A program made the position numbers and the translations under genes. This document shows, piece by piece, positions 42,275 through 54,754 of a DNA stretch of 64,000 nt. Numbering within the stretch: the first letter of the stretch is position 1; each line of letters begins with the position of its first letter. This stretch comes from Octopus sinensis. Lineage: Eukaryota. The stretch is taken from positions 82,398,001 to 82,462,000 of the forward strand of contig NC_043004.1 in assembly GCF_006345805.1 (NCBI RefSeq), in the 5' to 3' direction. The notes beneath the pieces are model-generated. The model was given only the letters and a program-made list of their open reading frames with translations. It was not told the DNA's origin and searched no databases.

Positions 42275-42560
42275 TTACAGAGACGTAAACACACCAACAC
42301 CGGTTGTCAAACAGTGATGGAGGGACAAATATAGACACACAGATTCACCCTCCATATATATATATACATACATATATATATACATACACACATACATATA
42401 TATATATACATAAAAGACTTTCTCTATTCCTGAGCGCTATACTAATACATTTGTTTGTACATCACCTGCCTTCGTCTTTTGTTTATTTTCGTAAACTTTC
42501 TCTTTATATACATATATATATATACATACATATATATATACACACACACATATATATATA

Positions 42561-42629
<69 letters not shown>

Positions 42630-42840
42630 CATATATATATACACACACGCACACACACACACACCACACACACATATATATATATGTATATATACGACGG
42701 GCTTGTTCCAGTTTCCGTCTACCAAATCTACACACAAGGCTTTAGTCCGCCCGATGCTATAGTAAAAGACATTTGTCCAAGGTGTCACGCAGTGGGACTG
42801 AGCCTTGAACTATGCGATTGGAAAGCAAACTTCTTACCAT
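42275..42840 (-). mobile_element. SINE B whose internal (TA)n contains a fragment of the hammerhead-element family
   Basis: SINE B 3' half 42275-42345, (TA)n, insert 42413-42500 matching 14300-14378, (TA)n, then SINE B 5' half 42693-42840. Confidence 0.75.
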
Positions 42841-43490
42841 ATAACATTCGTGCGTATATACAAAACTGGGTATTTGGGCGTATATGCCATATTTCGGAAG
42901 TTCTTGCTCCTTCATCAACAACCCCCCCATACACTCACATGCACACATATACATAGACACAACAGATACATACATATACGAACAGCTTCTTCATTTTCCA
43001 TCAATGAAATTCATTTACAAGACATTGGTCGGTTCTAGACTACACTACAATACAATTGCCCAAATTGCCGTGCCGTGAATCAGAACTCGAAACCTGGTAG
43101 TTGCAAGCTAAATTCATCACTGCACAACTACGAAGCGAAAATAAATAAAGCTATTACACTGTAATTAAATGAAAAGGCAACCAGCACATTCGACTTGACC
43201 TTTTTATGTTATTTCTGGTAAACGGTCCCCTTAGAATTTCTAAACAACTTTCGATCGCTACGCAATGTTGTTGTCAAAGAAAGTAAGATAATAGCTTTTT
43301 CTTTCTGAAATGTTTAAAATGTAAATGCTCAAAGGTAAGTTCTTTCCAGATTGCATAGACATTTTCTGTTTCTGCTGCAGGTTCTGTTTATAAAGCCTTG
43401 CCTACTTGTAAAGTCCTTTTTTCTGTTTGATATTGTTTTGTAAGAATACAATGAACGACCTTCAAGATAACATCAACATTGCTAACACAC

Positions 43491-43543
<53 letters not shown>

Positions 43544-44694
43544 AGAAACCACACACACACACACACACACACAGAGAAACACACACACACACACACACGC
43601 ACACACACACACACACAAACACACACACATACATACATAAATGTCATACATACACTCAAACACGCACACAGACCAACGTATATACCTATAAGCATACATA
43701 CGCACGTGCATACATATATACACACGTGAATAAATACATACATACATGCATACATAAATACATACATAAATACATACATACATACATACATATATACACA
43801 CACACACATACATACATATAAACATACATACATACTGTACATGTATATATCCATTCGTCGTTTTGCTATTATACTAAGGGCTATACTTGTATTCTAATAT
43901 ATATATGTGTGTGTGTTTGCGTGTGTGCGTGTGTGCGTGTGTGCGTGTGTGTGCGTGCGTGTGTTTGCATATATGTGTGCACTTGTGTGTGTGTGAGGGA
44001 GTGGTTGTTTGCGATTCTTCATATTCTATATTTTTCTGTCATATATTATAAAACAAAGGTAAAAAAAAAAACCCAAAAAACAGATATGAACAAGAAGAAA
44101 ACAAAAAAAATAAGGAAAAAAACCCCAAAACAAAACGTAAACAGCAACAACGAAAACAACCTTCAAACCAGAAGCACAAAAGCTATCAAGTAATTTCTTT
44201 CAAAGATAAACAAAGCTTTTCTTTTCTTCTTGAAATCATTGCCTTATCGTAACAAATATCTCTGGATTGTATGTTTCGCCTATATTGCCTTTCATAGTCT
44301 TGAACTATGTTGATAACCATAAGACTACTACTTATTATTATTTTTTTTTATTAAAGCAATAACCACCAAATGACAGAATGAAATATTAATACAACAGTTT
44401 TATTCCTTTATTCAGTTTCTGACCTTTTTTTTTTAGCATAAACTGCCAAAGAAAACTGTGAATGATGATGGTTTAACGTTAAATCCAGATGATAAACAAC
44501 AAAGCACTTAAGATACAGCCAAGAGATCGGTGTTTTCGATTACATAACACATCTCGTATGTGCTTATAAAGAGGCAGAGATGTTATTAGAAATGAAGAAG
44601 AAATCTTTATTAATGCATGTTTAGTCACGTTTTCGTTCTGTTTACAAGAATTACTTTTCTACGCCCAAATCCCTACGCTCTACGAAAAAAACAT

Positions 44695-45960
44695 GAAGGC
44701 GCATCGCCTAATGGTTGCTCTTATGATTGTGAGATCGTGGTTCGATTCCTAGAACTGGCAGTGTTCTTGAGCAAAACACACTACATTTCAAAGTGAAGTT
44801 GTTCCAGTTCACTCAGCTGCAAATGGGCTCTAGCAACAGCTGTGAAGCTAAACCCACAGACGGTCCTGCGTGCTGTTCAGATGTGGTGGGGCAGTGTTGT
44901 AATCTTATTCACTTATACGCCAAGGGGAATCGGGCTAAGCTCCTGCTTTATGAGTCTTAAGTCCCATAACAGACCTAATGGCACTAAAAACGTCAGAGAA
45001 GATGAGAGAAAATCTTGCGATGTAACTGTTATAAAATCAGTTTGAAAAGAAGTTTAGAACATTTCAGTGTATTAATGTAAGGCGGTACTTTCAAAATATT
45101 GAATACCGGATTGGTAGAAAGGGTAGAATCAGTAAAATGATAAGGAAACGCTTATGGTGTTCAGGATTGTATAACTATGTTCTATGTTCAAATGTCACCA
45201 AGGATGACTTTGTCTTTCACATTTTGCTGCTCAATAAACTTAGCATCGTTTGTGTAAAGATAAAAACCACCTTGGGTCATGAATGACCATGGGATTGAAC
45301 CTAGAAAGTTCTCCTCCAAGGCACATGTTGGAGCGAGGTTATTCGTGGAAGACCAACAATCGCTAACGCATACCAGTTTCCCCTCATCTCCATTCCACTG
45401 ATGTTATCCAAGGACAAGGCAAAGGGGCCGATACAGCTTGGCACCAGTGATGTCGCAATTCATTTCTACAGCTGAGTGAATTGGAGCAACATGAATTAAA
45501 GTGTCTTGCTCAAGAACACAGCACAGCCCCGTCCAGGGATCGAACTCACTATCTCATAGGCTCGATATAATTCAGTAGATCCCACTCCTAAATTTGAGAT
45601 ATTGTGTTCATGTTACAAATCGTTATCATTATAGTGGCAAGCCGGCAAAATTATTAATGAGTCGGACAAAATGCTTAGCGGCATTTTAACCAGTTCAAAT
45701 TCCGCCGAGGTCAACTTTGCCTTTGATCCTTTCGGGATTGAGAAAATAAAGTGTCAATTGAACAAGTAATCTAAATAAACACCCACATCGGAAATTTCAG
45801 GCATTGTGCTCTTAGTAAAAAGAATTATTATAAAGATATCGTAGGGAGACGATAAAGATATCGTAGGGGCGTCAGACAAAATGTTGCTTAGCAGCATTCC
45901 TTCCATCTCTTTAACGTTCTGGGTTTAAATTCCGCCTGACTTTGCTTTTTCTTCTTTGAA
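44695..45960. mobile_element. SINE fragments: family D-like 44695-44990 (+), CORE-like SINE 45270-45560 (-), SINE A 45635-45960 (+)
   Basis: GTGTTCTTGAGCAA(A/G)ACAC CORE-like motif and GTTCGATTCC / GTTCAAATTCC B-boxes. Confidence 0.65.
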
Positions 45961-46998
45961 GCAATTATTAAAAATTCATCATAAAATATTGAGAAAATAT
46001 CAGCAGTGAAACCTGAGAAAGGTAACCCGCGACTAAATGCCTTTCTTCAGATCCGCAGAGGTAAACCTCTGTTTGTAGTGGATATATTCATTTAGAGAAG
46101 CTAATCAGGGAAGCGAGTACCAGGCATATGGATAATGCAGAAAGACTGAGATTATTGTGATTAAAGGAGATTAAGACCTACCTTAATTTCAGAAATGTCC
46201 AGATGCAGAAAAATATACTCTAATTCAAAGAAAATTGAACCATTAACGAACTAGCTTCTTTATATAACTTTCATTGTGTCATTTTTCTCGCGTTCACTCA
46301 TTTTCTCCTTTCTACATCGTGAGTAGTATAATTTTGACTCACCGACACAACCAAGTTCATTGCTGTATGAATGTACACATGTCTGTATGTTCATGTGTCT
46401 ATGTGAGTATGGCTTTGTACGTGAGTATGTGTATCTTGGTGTATGCGTGTAAGTATGTATACGAGTGCATACATATTGCCATCTCATAGCATTCTCTTCG
46501 GAAAGATACGTTATTAACTTTTTGAAACCTTCACCGGGATTCTAAACACCTGGATTATCGTCACTCATAGATCCAGATTTCTCTCAAACTTATCAAATTT
46601 GATGAAAGGTTAGAATGCTTGGCTAAACGGGAAGCATTCATAACTTTAAAATATCACAACCATAATTTTAGTAATAAGCCTGCCGATAACCTTTTAAACC
46701 CAGCGACGACTGAAATTCATTAAAAAAGAGATAAAAACGAATATTTGTACAGGGCCAACAATTTTGGGGGCGGCTGTAAGTCGATTACATCGACCCTAAT
46801 ATTCAACTGGTATTTTTTATCGACTCTGAAAGGATGATAGGCAAAGTCGATCCCGATAGCATTTCAACTCAGCACTTAAAGTTAGAAGGAATGCTTCTGA
46901 GCATTATGTTCAGCATAGTAATAATTCTACAAGGTCGCTGTCCTGTAACCCTTCACAAAAATACATACAAAGAAATATAAGAAATAGAATTAGGGAGA

Positions 46999-48415
46999 CT
47001 GCAATGGACAGGATTGTTATAGATTGGTTTAGGCATATGAAATATAAGTATAGAGCTAGGTTTACACAATTCCATATTACAGATGTTGAGATTCTCAATG
47101 GATAAAGAAATTGAGTTCACTAATAAATACTTCGATATTGACTCTGTAGACCTTGACTTTATCAGGCATCCACCAAAAGCTTTTCTATTCAGTGAAGATT
47201 CTGCATGAGTCAAGAAATCTGAAACGATGAATTATGTGAGGTATAGATGGTATCAAATGACAGTGCAAATATTTGTGACATAATAGAATCTTAGTATCAT
47301 CAAGCAAGGGCATGAAACAAGCAGACAAGTTCTCAGTATATTAGACATATTGAGATTCAAGTTTCGTCCCATGAAATTCGTTTACCGTGACGATGGTTTC
47401 GCCTTATCTCAGGTTTGTGATGCACATTCTGAATAAATTCATGAAAAAAATCTCATGTATATTTTTGGTCAGTTATACCTCAGAATCACTGTAACCACCA
47501 TCGTCCATACAGCCAATTTCTTAGATGCTTCCCTATACCTAAGATTGTGCTCTTTGAAGCCCTATCGTGAACCTAATGAAAACCTTACGTATACGCGTAA
47601 TCAGTCTTGTCACCCCAACTATAATGTTAAAAAATCGTGAAATTAATATCAGAAATAGGATATCTAATCTCTCAATAAAAAAGCTCTCTACTATAATATT
47701 GCTCTGGCTAACAGCGGCTTCGAAGAAGAAAAAATAACTTACAATCCTGTAATTAAAAATGCGAAACCTAAAAATGCAGCCTGTGAGATTACATAGTCCA
47801 TTCCCTCTTCTCTTTGAACATTAAGATTACCGTAGGGAGAAAATTCCTAGCTTTAATATATTAAACATTTCCAAGATAAGCATAGATACAAGAACATTTT
47901 TAACAGATGTTCAGTGTGAGTTTCATACACTGCTGCTCCAACATGAAAAATATACCCCCTACCCGCAAGTCACACTAGGAGCCCTCTCTAAGTTGCAACT
48001 GTCGAGGCCCATAAGCGTGCCCACTTGATCAGGCATGCATAATTAGCTCGGTTGTCTGTGAACCTAAAGCCATCCTAGTGCTCCAAAATAATTCAACTCG
48101 AAAGGAAATGCACATTGGTGTATGCGAAATAGATGTTAAAAAAGATATGCGAACCACAAGTCTTCTTACTGACACATGAATAAAAAGAAAGTAACAAAGT
48201 TAGCTAGCCACATCTCGGACCTGAAGACCAACTGTACACCACACACCTTCAAGTGAAGCAGCGAGGAAAGGACTCACATTATTCATTAATCGACTAGCGA
48301 TGCATTAATCGATCAGAAAAGCTGAAAGATTACGCATAATGTTTAGATCTAAAAACACAAAATCTGAAATTTTAATGAAATGTAAGTATCTGGACGAGTT
48401 TCTTTTGCCGAACAG
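46999..48415 (+). mobile_element. Decayed Penelope-like element (Naiad-like RT + GIY-YIG)
   Basis: Remnant peptides LQW...VIDWFRHMKYK, FLFSEDSA-VKKS, YRDDGFA, TANFLDASL, KPYREPNENLTY, SCNCR..CPL, MHIGVCEIDVKK(R)YANHKSS and KLASHISDLK occur in PLE order. Clade assignment is from recall. Confidence 0.8.
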
Positions 48416-48768
48416 GGAAAACATCACTGTCTCAGAATAAGCCTGCAGTCTCACAAACTTGGATCTTCTGCCCATTAAATTAATTTGAAAGCAATCAATT
48501 CTAACACGAAGGGATTCGAAGGGACGCAACTCTTAATTTAAAAAAAAATCTCTTCCCATTTCCAATCTATTTTTTTCTTTTGACTATCCTCTCGTCCTTT
48601 ACGTTTATTTTCTAAAGACCTGTGTCCTCTCAGGCCTTTTTTTTTTTGGCCTTTTTCATTTTTTTTTTCAAAAACCTGCGATTCTTGCCATATTGAGTCT
48701 GAAAGTTTCCTTATAAAAACAAAGGGATTTTATTTATGCCTATTTTTCACAATAATAGTGTCTCATAT

Positions 48769-48868
48769 NNNNNNNNNNNNNNNNNNNNNNNNNNNNNNNN
48801 NNNNNNNNNNNNNNNNNNNNNNNNNNNNNNNNNNNNNNNNNNNNNNNNNNNNNNNNNNNNNNNNNNNN
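48769..48868. other. Assembly gap (100 N) with duplicated flank
   Basis: 48053-48768 is repeated at 48869-49577, differing mainly by 1-nt indels. Confidence 0.97.
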
Positions 48869-50153
48869 TGTCTGTGAACCTAAAGCCATCCCTAGTGCTC
48901 CAAAATAATTCAACTCGAAAGGAAATGCACATTGGTGTATGCGAAATAGATGTTAAAAAAGATATGCGAACCACAAGTCTTCTTACTGACACATGAATAA
49001 AAAGAAAGTACAAAGTTAGCTAGCCACTCTCGGACCTGAAGACCAACTGTACACCACACACCTTCAAGTGAAGCAGCGAGGAAGGACCACATTATTCATT
49101 AATCGACTAGCGATGCATTAATCGATCAGAAAAGCTGAAAGATTACGCATAATGTTTAGATCTAAAAACACAAAATCTGAAATTTTAATGAAATGTAAGT
49201 ATCTGGACGAGTTTCTTTTGCCGAACAGGAAAACATCACTGTCTCAGAATTAAGCCTGCAGTCTCACAAACTTGGATCTTCTGCCCATTAAATTAATTTA
49301 AAGCAATCATATTCTAACACGAAGGGATCGAAGGGACGCAACTCTTAATTTAAAAAAAATCTCTTCCCATTTCCAATCTATTTTTTTCTTTTTGACTATC
49401 CTCTCGTCCTTTACAGTTTATTTTCTAAAGACCTGTGTCCTCTCAGGCCTTTTTTTTTTGGCCTTTTTCAATTTTTTTTTCAAAAACCTGCGATACTTGC
49501 ATATTTGAGTCTGAAAGTTTCCTTATAAAAACAGGGATTTTATTTATGCCTATTTTCACAATAATAGTGTCTCATATTTAAGTCCTGTGTGTATAAAATG
49601 ACATTTATCTCTCACTTCATGGACTGTTTTTGTTGACCCCAGCAATAACAGAACAGTAAAATATACCGGATCTACGGTTTAAATTAGAGTTGGTGTTTAT
49701 GTGTATAGTATCACATAGATTTTTTATCTCACTATGAACCGTATGTTATTTTACCTAGCCATTTCTGGCACCCTACGTATTGACGTGCCTAGATTCTGTT
49801 GAATGCTGTTATTAATCTTTCTCTCATCCTCTCATCTCTCTCTCTCTCTCTCCATATATATATATATATACATACACACATACGTACGTACATATTTATA
49901 TGTATATATACATGTATAAATATATACATACATACACACAGACACACACGCACACACATATATGTATGTATTATGTATATATATATAATATATATATATA
50001 CTGTATATATACATACTACATATACATATACATACATATATATATACCTACATACATATGTATAATATTATATATATATATATTATATAATATACATGTA
50101 TATATACATACATACATATACATATACATACATATATATATATACATACATAC

Positions 50154-50197
<44 letters not shown>

Positions 50198-50514
50198 CAT
50201 ATATATATATACGTTTATATATTTATTGTGCAAGATTTTTTATGTGAAGTCGTGTGTTGAAACATATATTGTTGTATTTAGGAATGGTCATTTTGCCAGT
50301 TTAGCCATTAAAAACACAGCACATATATTTGGTGTTACTTTGCTTCAGTGTTATTTATTTTTTTACATTAATCTTAATCTTATTTCGGCCAGAGTTCTTT
50401 CGTTACACTCCTGTGACCGCATCAGTGGTCCTTTGTTTTCTTCTTTTTTATTTGCGTCTCTCCTTACTAACCGTCAGCCATTTTGTATTTCTATTGTATG
50501 TCTTTATTTGCTCA

Positions 50515-50872
50515 TCGATTCTGTACCAACACGCCGAACAGGAACACGGGGAATCAATCAACAACATAGAAATTAAAATATTGCCCACACAGCTCTTCAA
50601 CACACCCCCGAAGAACCCGAGAGACCTGCATGGGGTGGACGCAGATGTCTTTAAAATAAAACTGGATCGCTTCCTGTCAGGTGTCCCAGATGAACCAACT
50701 TCACAGCAGGAGGTGCAGATGAGGGCAACTGCATCGAAATCTCTCATGCACCAAATGGCAATTGCTAAAAAGCATTCGTGAAGTAAAATCATGTAGCAAC
50801 ACCAAATGGCGGTGCCCAAGCATGGGCCACACAGTCTGGGTCTCTGAAACTAGATAAAATAAAATAAAATTA
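50515..50872 (+). mobile_element. CR1-like LINE 3' end
   Basis: QLFNTPPKNPRDLHGVDADVFKIKLDRFLSGVPDEP...-stop (50781), 3' UTR ending GGCGGTGCCCAAGCATGGGCCACACAGTC...TGAAACTAGA(TAAAA)n. Confidence 0.75.
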
Positions 50873-51629
50873 AAAAAAAACATAGAAAAAAAGATGCAAA
50901 CAATCAGAAAAAATTACAGAAGCTACACACATAATAGAAAATAAACCTAGCCTGAATAGGGAACTGGAATGGAACACTAGCTACACACCCACAACATATG
51001 ACGGTAGAGGATCCCAATAAACTGGTTACAATATAAACAAAACCGAAAACATAATAAATAAAATACACAGATAAATAACAAATAGAAATAAATAACTATA
51101 TAAGTTTGTTTTTGTTTTGTTTAATTTAAAGATTTTTTTGGATTTATTATTATATTATAGTATTATTGTTATACATACATACACACAAGCATATGTAATG
51201 ATAATAATAATATGTGGATGTAAACGCATGAACAAAATAAGAATAAACAAAAACAACAACAAAAACAAATTCCATGAACGTATATAAACAGAAGATACAA
51301 ATATTACAGGCATCCCCACCCACACACTAAATAAACATAGACGCACATAGAGATATAAGCATGCACAAATGAAGACATACAATAGAAATACAAAATGGCT
51401 GACGGTTAGTAAGGAGAGACGCAAATAAGAAAGAAGAAAACAAAGGACCACTGATGCGGTCACAGGAGTGTGACGAAAGAACTCTGGCCGAAATAAGATT
51501 AAGATTAATGTAAAAAATAAATAACACTGAAGCAAGGTAACACCAAATATATAGTGCGTGTGTTTTTATTGGCTAAACTGGCAAAATTACCATTCCTAAA
51601 TATAACAATATATATATATATATATATAT

Positions 51630-51930
51630 AATTGCAGCGTGGAAGGTGTTTATAAGCCATTTAAGAAACACACAAAAGCCGTTCAATTCACTTCAACATT
51701 TAAGTATAATTTGTCAAAATATTTTCGTCGCTAAAATCCGCGACCTGTTCACTGACAAAAATCTGTGCTGCATCTCGGATTTTTGTACCTTGTACGGATT
51801 TTTGTCAGTGAACAGGTCGCGGATTTTAGCGACGAAAATATTTTGACAAATTAAACTTAAATGTTGAAGTGAATTGAACGGCTTTTGTGTGTTTCTTAAA
51901 TGGCTTATAAACACCTTCCACGCTGCAATT
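51630..51930. repeat. Long inverted repeat (134-bp arms, 1 mismatch, 33-bp spacer), probably an inverted Penelope pseudo-LTR
   Basis: Arms 51630-51763 and 51797-51930; the left end abuts (TA)n and the right arm continues into further sequence up to ~51990. Confidence 0.92.
51801..51850 (+). ncRNA. Hammerhead fold with compensatory G3:C8 core (mirror copy 51710-51759, minus)
   Basis: TTTGTCA-GTGAACA-G-GTCGC(GGATTTTA)GCGAC-GAAA-ATATT-T-TGACAAA: 7-bp stem I, 5-bp stem II, palindromic AAUAUU stem III. Confidence 0.65.
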
Positions 51931-52016
51931 GTTTTCGTTTCAGCACACGATCTCAGATCAAATTACTTGCTATGCGAGTACATCTCCGCAATATATATTA
52001 TATATATATATATATA

Positions 52017-53173
52017 TTAATAAATAAAATAAAACATATGCATATATATAAACATATATGTACGTACCTACCTCTACATGTACATATACACGCATATATG
52101 AGTACAGGACACCAAAAGGACGTCGAACACAATGAGAAACGAAAACATAGACACAAACCAAAGGAACTGGACATTTTTTAAAAAACAGCAAAAAAATAGA
52201 GTACAGGACAATTAATACAAAGAACAAACCCCTTCTTCAGTCGCTAAAGCTTTCATCTACTCTACGTTTCGAAGGATAAAAGCGAGACGTATCTTCGACA
52301 AGAAAACTTTCCTTCCTGCGAAAAGCAAATCAATTAAAATTCTGAGATTTTTCGCAGAGGGGTAAAAAATGGTAACAACATGACAGTAACGACAGTACAA
52401 ATTGTAAACAGTAAAAGACAGGACAAGGAAAAACAAGATAAGAAGGGCTGTTAACACCGAACGAAAAAAAGTATTGCAAACGCAGAGTTTTTTGTGGACG
52501 ACGAGCGGAGCAAAAAGAATGTCGTCCATTACATTGAGAGAGCCAGGGGAGAGAGACAGCAGGAGAAGTGATGTCGCGGGTGAACGACGGGAAGGCGGAA
52601 GTCACGTCGGGAGTGAATGACGGGAAGGGGGGAGGAGGAGCAAGAGAAAGGGAGAGAAGAATGGGAATGGCTGCGAGGAAACCAAGAAGAATGGAGAGGG
52701 AGAGAGAGAGAGTGAAGAATGAGAGAGAGGAAGAGACAAGTTAAGTAGAGGAAAAGGAAATCAAAGAATGAAGGCTGAGAAAGGGATGGGACAGAAAGGT
52801 TAAGAGTGCGCGTCAAAGTTAATATCAAGAACAAAAACTTGATATAAAGAACAATCTTACTTAAGGGGTTGCGTGCGTTGTCATATAATATATTAATAAA
52901 TAAAATAGAACATATGCATATATATAAACATATATGTACGTACCTACCTCTACATGTACATATACACGCATATATGAGTACAGGACACCAAAAGGACGTC
53001 GAACACAATGAGAAACGAAAACATAGACACAAACCAAAGGAACTGGACATTTTTTAAAAACAGCAAAAATAGAGTACAGGACAATTAACACAAAGAACAA
53101 ACCCCTTCTTCAGTCGCTAAAGCTTTCATCTACTCTACGTTTCGAAGGATAAAAGCGAGACGTATCTTCGACA
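52017..53173 (-). mobile_element. Non-autonomous element with ~285-bp direct repeats (52017-52300, 52888-53173); Penelope partial-tandem-like
   Basis: Two near-identical repeats flank a purine-rich internal segment; each has a degenerate ...GAAACGTA hammerhead-like motif on the minus strand. Confidence 0.7.
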
Positions 53174-53439
53174 TGATTTCAAATCTTTCTGAGAATAGTG
53201 GCCTTTTACGAAAATATTCCTTAGCAACGTACTGATGTGTGTGTGTGTATATATATACATATATAAACACACACATAAGGATGAAAGGCAAAACCGACCG
53301 TGGCGGAATTTCAACTCACAACGTAGAGGCAACGAAATACCGCCAAGCATTTCATCCTGCGCGCTAACGAATCAACCAGCTAACAACAACAACAACACCG
53401 AGTGTTTCTACATGATGCACGAAACAGCCCAACAATGAA

Positions 53440-53700
53440 CAAAATCAAAGCTTCCTGCCGAGCCGTGGGCTCATAAGACCGCTTTCCCAGCTTGTGTAGC
53501 TCGTGTATCCACCCCAGACTCTGGACGGCACGGCGGTCCGTCGCAGGAATGCTCATGTTTGCCAGCTGAGTGTACAGGAGCATCGTACAATGAAGTGTTT
53601 TGCACAAGAACACAAATTATCGCCCTCTCCGGGAATCGAAACCACAATCTAAACGATCATAAACGCAACACAATAAACCACTAAGATCCGCATCTACACG
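53440..53700 (-). mobile_element. Diverged SINE family D copy
   Basis: Minus strand TTAGTGGTT...GGTTTCGATTCCCGG...TGTGTTCTTGTGCAAAACACTT...TGCGACGGACCGCCGTGCCGTCCAG. Confidence 0.7.
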
Positions 53701-53752
53701 GTATAGGTACAAGGCGTGAAATTTTGCGAGGCGGATTATCTGTCTGTCTGCC

Positions 53753-53826
<74 letters not shown>

Positions 53827-54066
53827 GCTATCTAGCTATCTATCTATATATCTCTCGCCCTCTCTCTCTCTATCTATCTATCTCTTTCTCTCTATCTATC
53901 CCCCTCTCTATCCATCCATATGTTCGTCAGTCCATCTGTGCGTCCATCCCTCTGTCCGTCCATCTGTCTGTCAGTCTGTCTATCAATCGATCTATTTGTT
54001 TATCTATCAGTCTGTGTATCCATGTATGTCTGTATGCATGCGTGTTTGTATAAATAACTGTTAATA

Positions 54067-54538
54067 CAGTGATCCCTCGTTTATCGCGGTAGATTGGTCC
54101 CGAGACCGGCCACGATAACTGAATTTCCGCGAAGTAGGAACACCATATTAATAGTGGTTATTTAACGTGTATTTGGACCTTTGAAACCCTCCCTGTACTG
54201 TTAACAACCCACCCATTACAGTAGACTATTAATAACAAGGACAACTGTTAAGCAATAACACTTTAGATTTTAAAAATAAAGATTGTTACTGTTACACAGG
54301 CTAGATTACAAAATAGAAAGCTGTGATTCGTCGTCTCTCTCCATTGCACCAATCACAGCCAGTCTTAAGTTCAAATATCCCTGTATATGCTTTTTTGCTA
54401 GGAAATAATATCAATTATTACTATTTTAATGGATTTAATGAAATATTTTAGGCGCTCATATATATATATATATACTTTTAAAATCCGCGAAGTAGTGAAT
54501 CCGTGATAGCTGAACTGCGAAGTAGTGAGCGATCACTG
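54067..54538. mobile_element. Tigger/pogo-like MITE with TA duplication
   Basis: Ends CAGTGATCCCTC / GAGCGATCACTG; TA at 54065-54066 and 54539-54540; subterminal CCGCGAAGTAG repeats. Confidence 0.8.
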
Positions 54539-54662
54539 TATCAACATAGATGCTTTCTCCGATACTTTCCAAATGCATCCAAAATCCCTTTGGTTTAAAG
54601 TAGTAAGAAGTCTAAGGGAGAAAACTCCGAAATAAACTGCATTTGAAAATACCATCAATAAG

Positions 54663-54733
54663 GTGAAATAGGACGTAAGGGGCATAATTCTTAATAACTT
54701 ATTCAGAATTATGCCCCTTACGTCATATTTCAC
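54663..54733. repeat. Hairpin: 29-bp arms (1 mismatch), 13-nt loop
   Basis: GTGAAATAGGACGTAAGGGGCATAATTCT / AGAATTATGCCCCTTACGTCATATTTCAC. Confidence 0.9.
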
Positions 54734-54754
54734 ATTACATCTGAATTTTACTCT

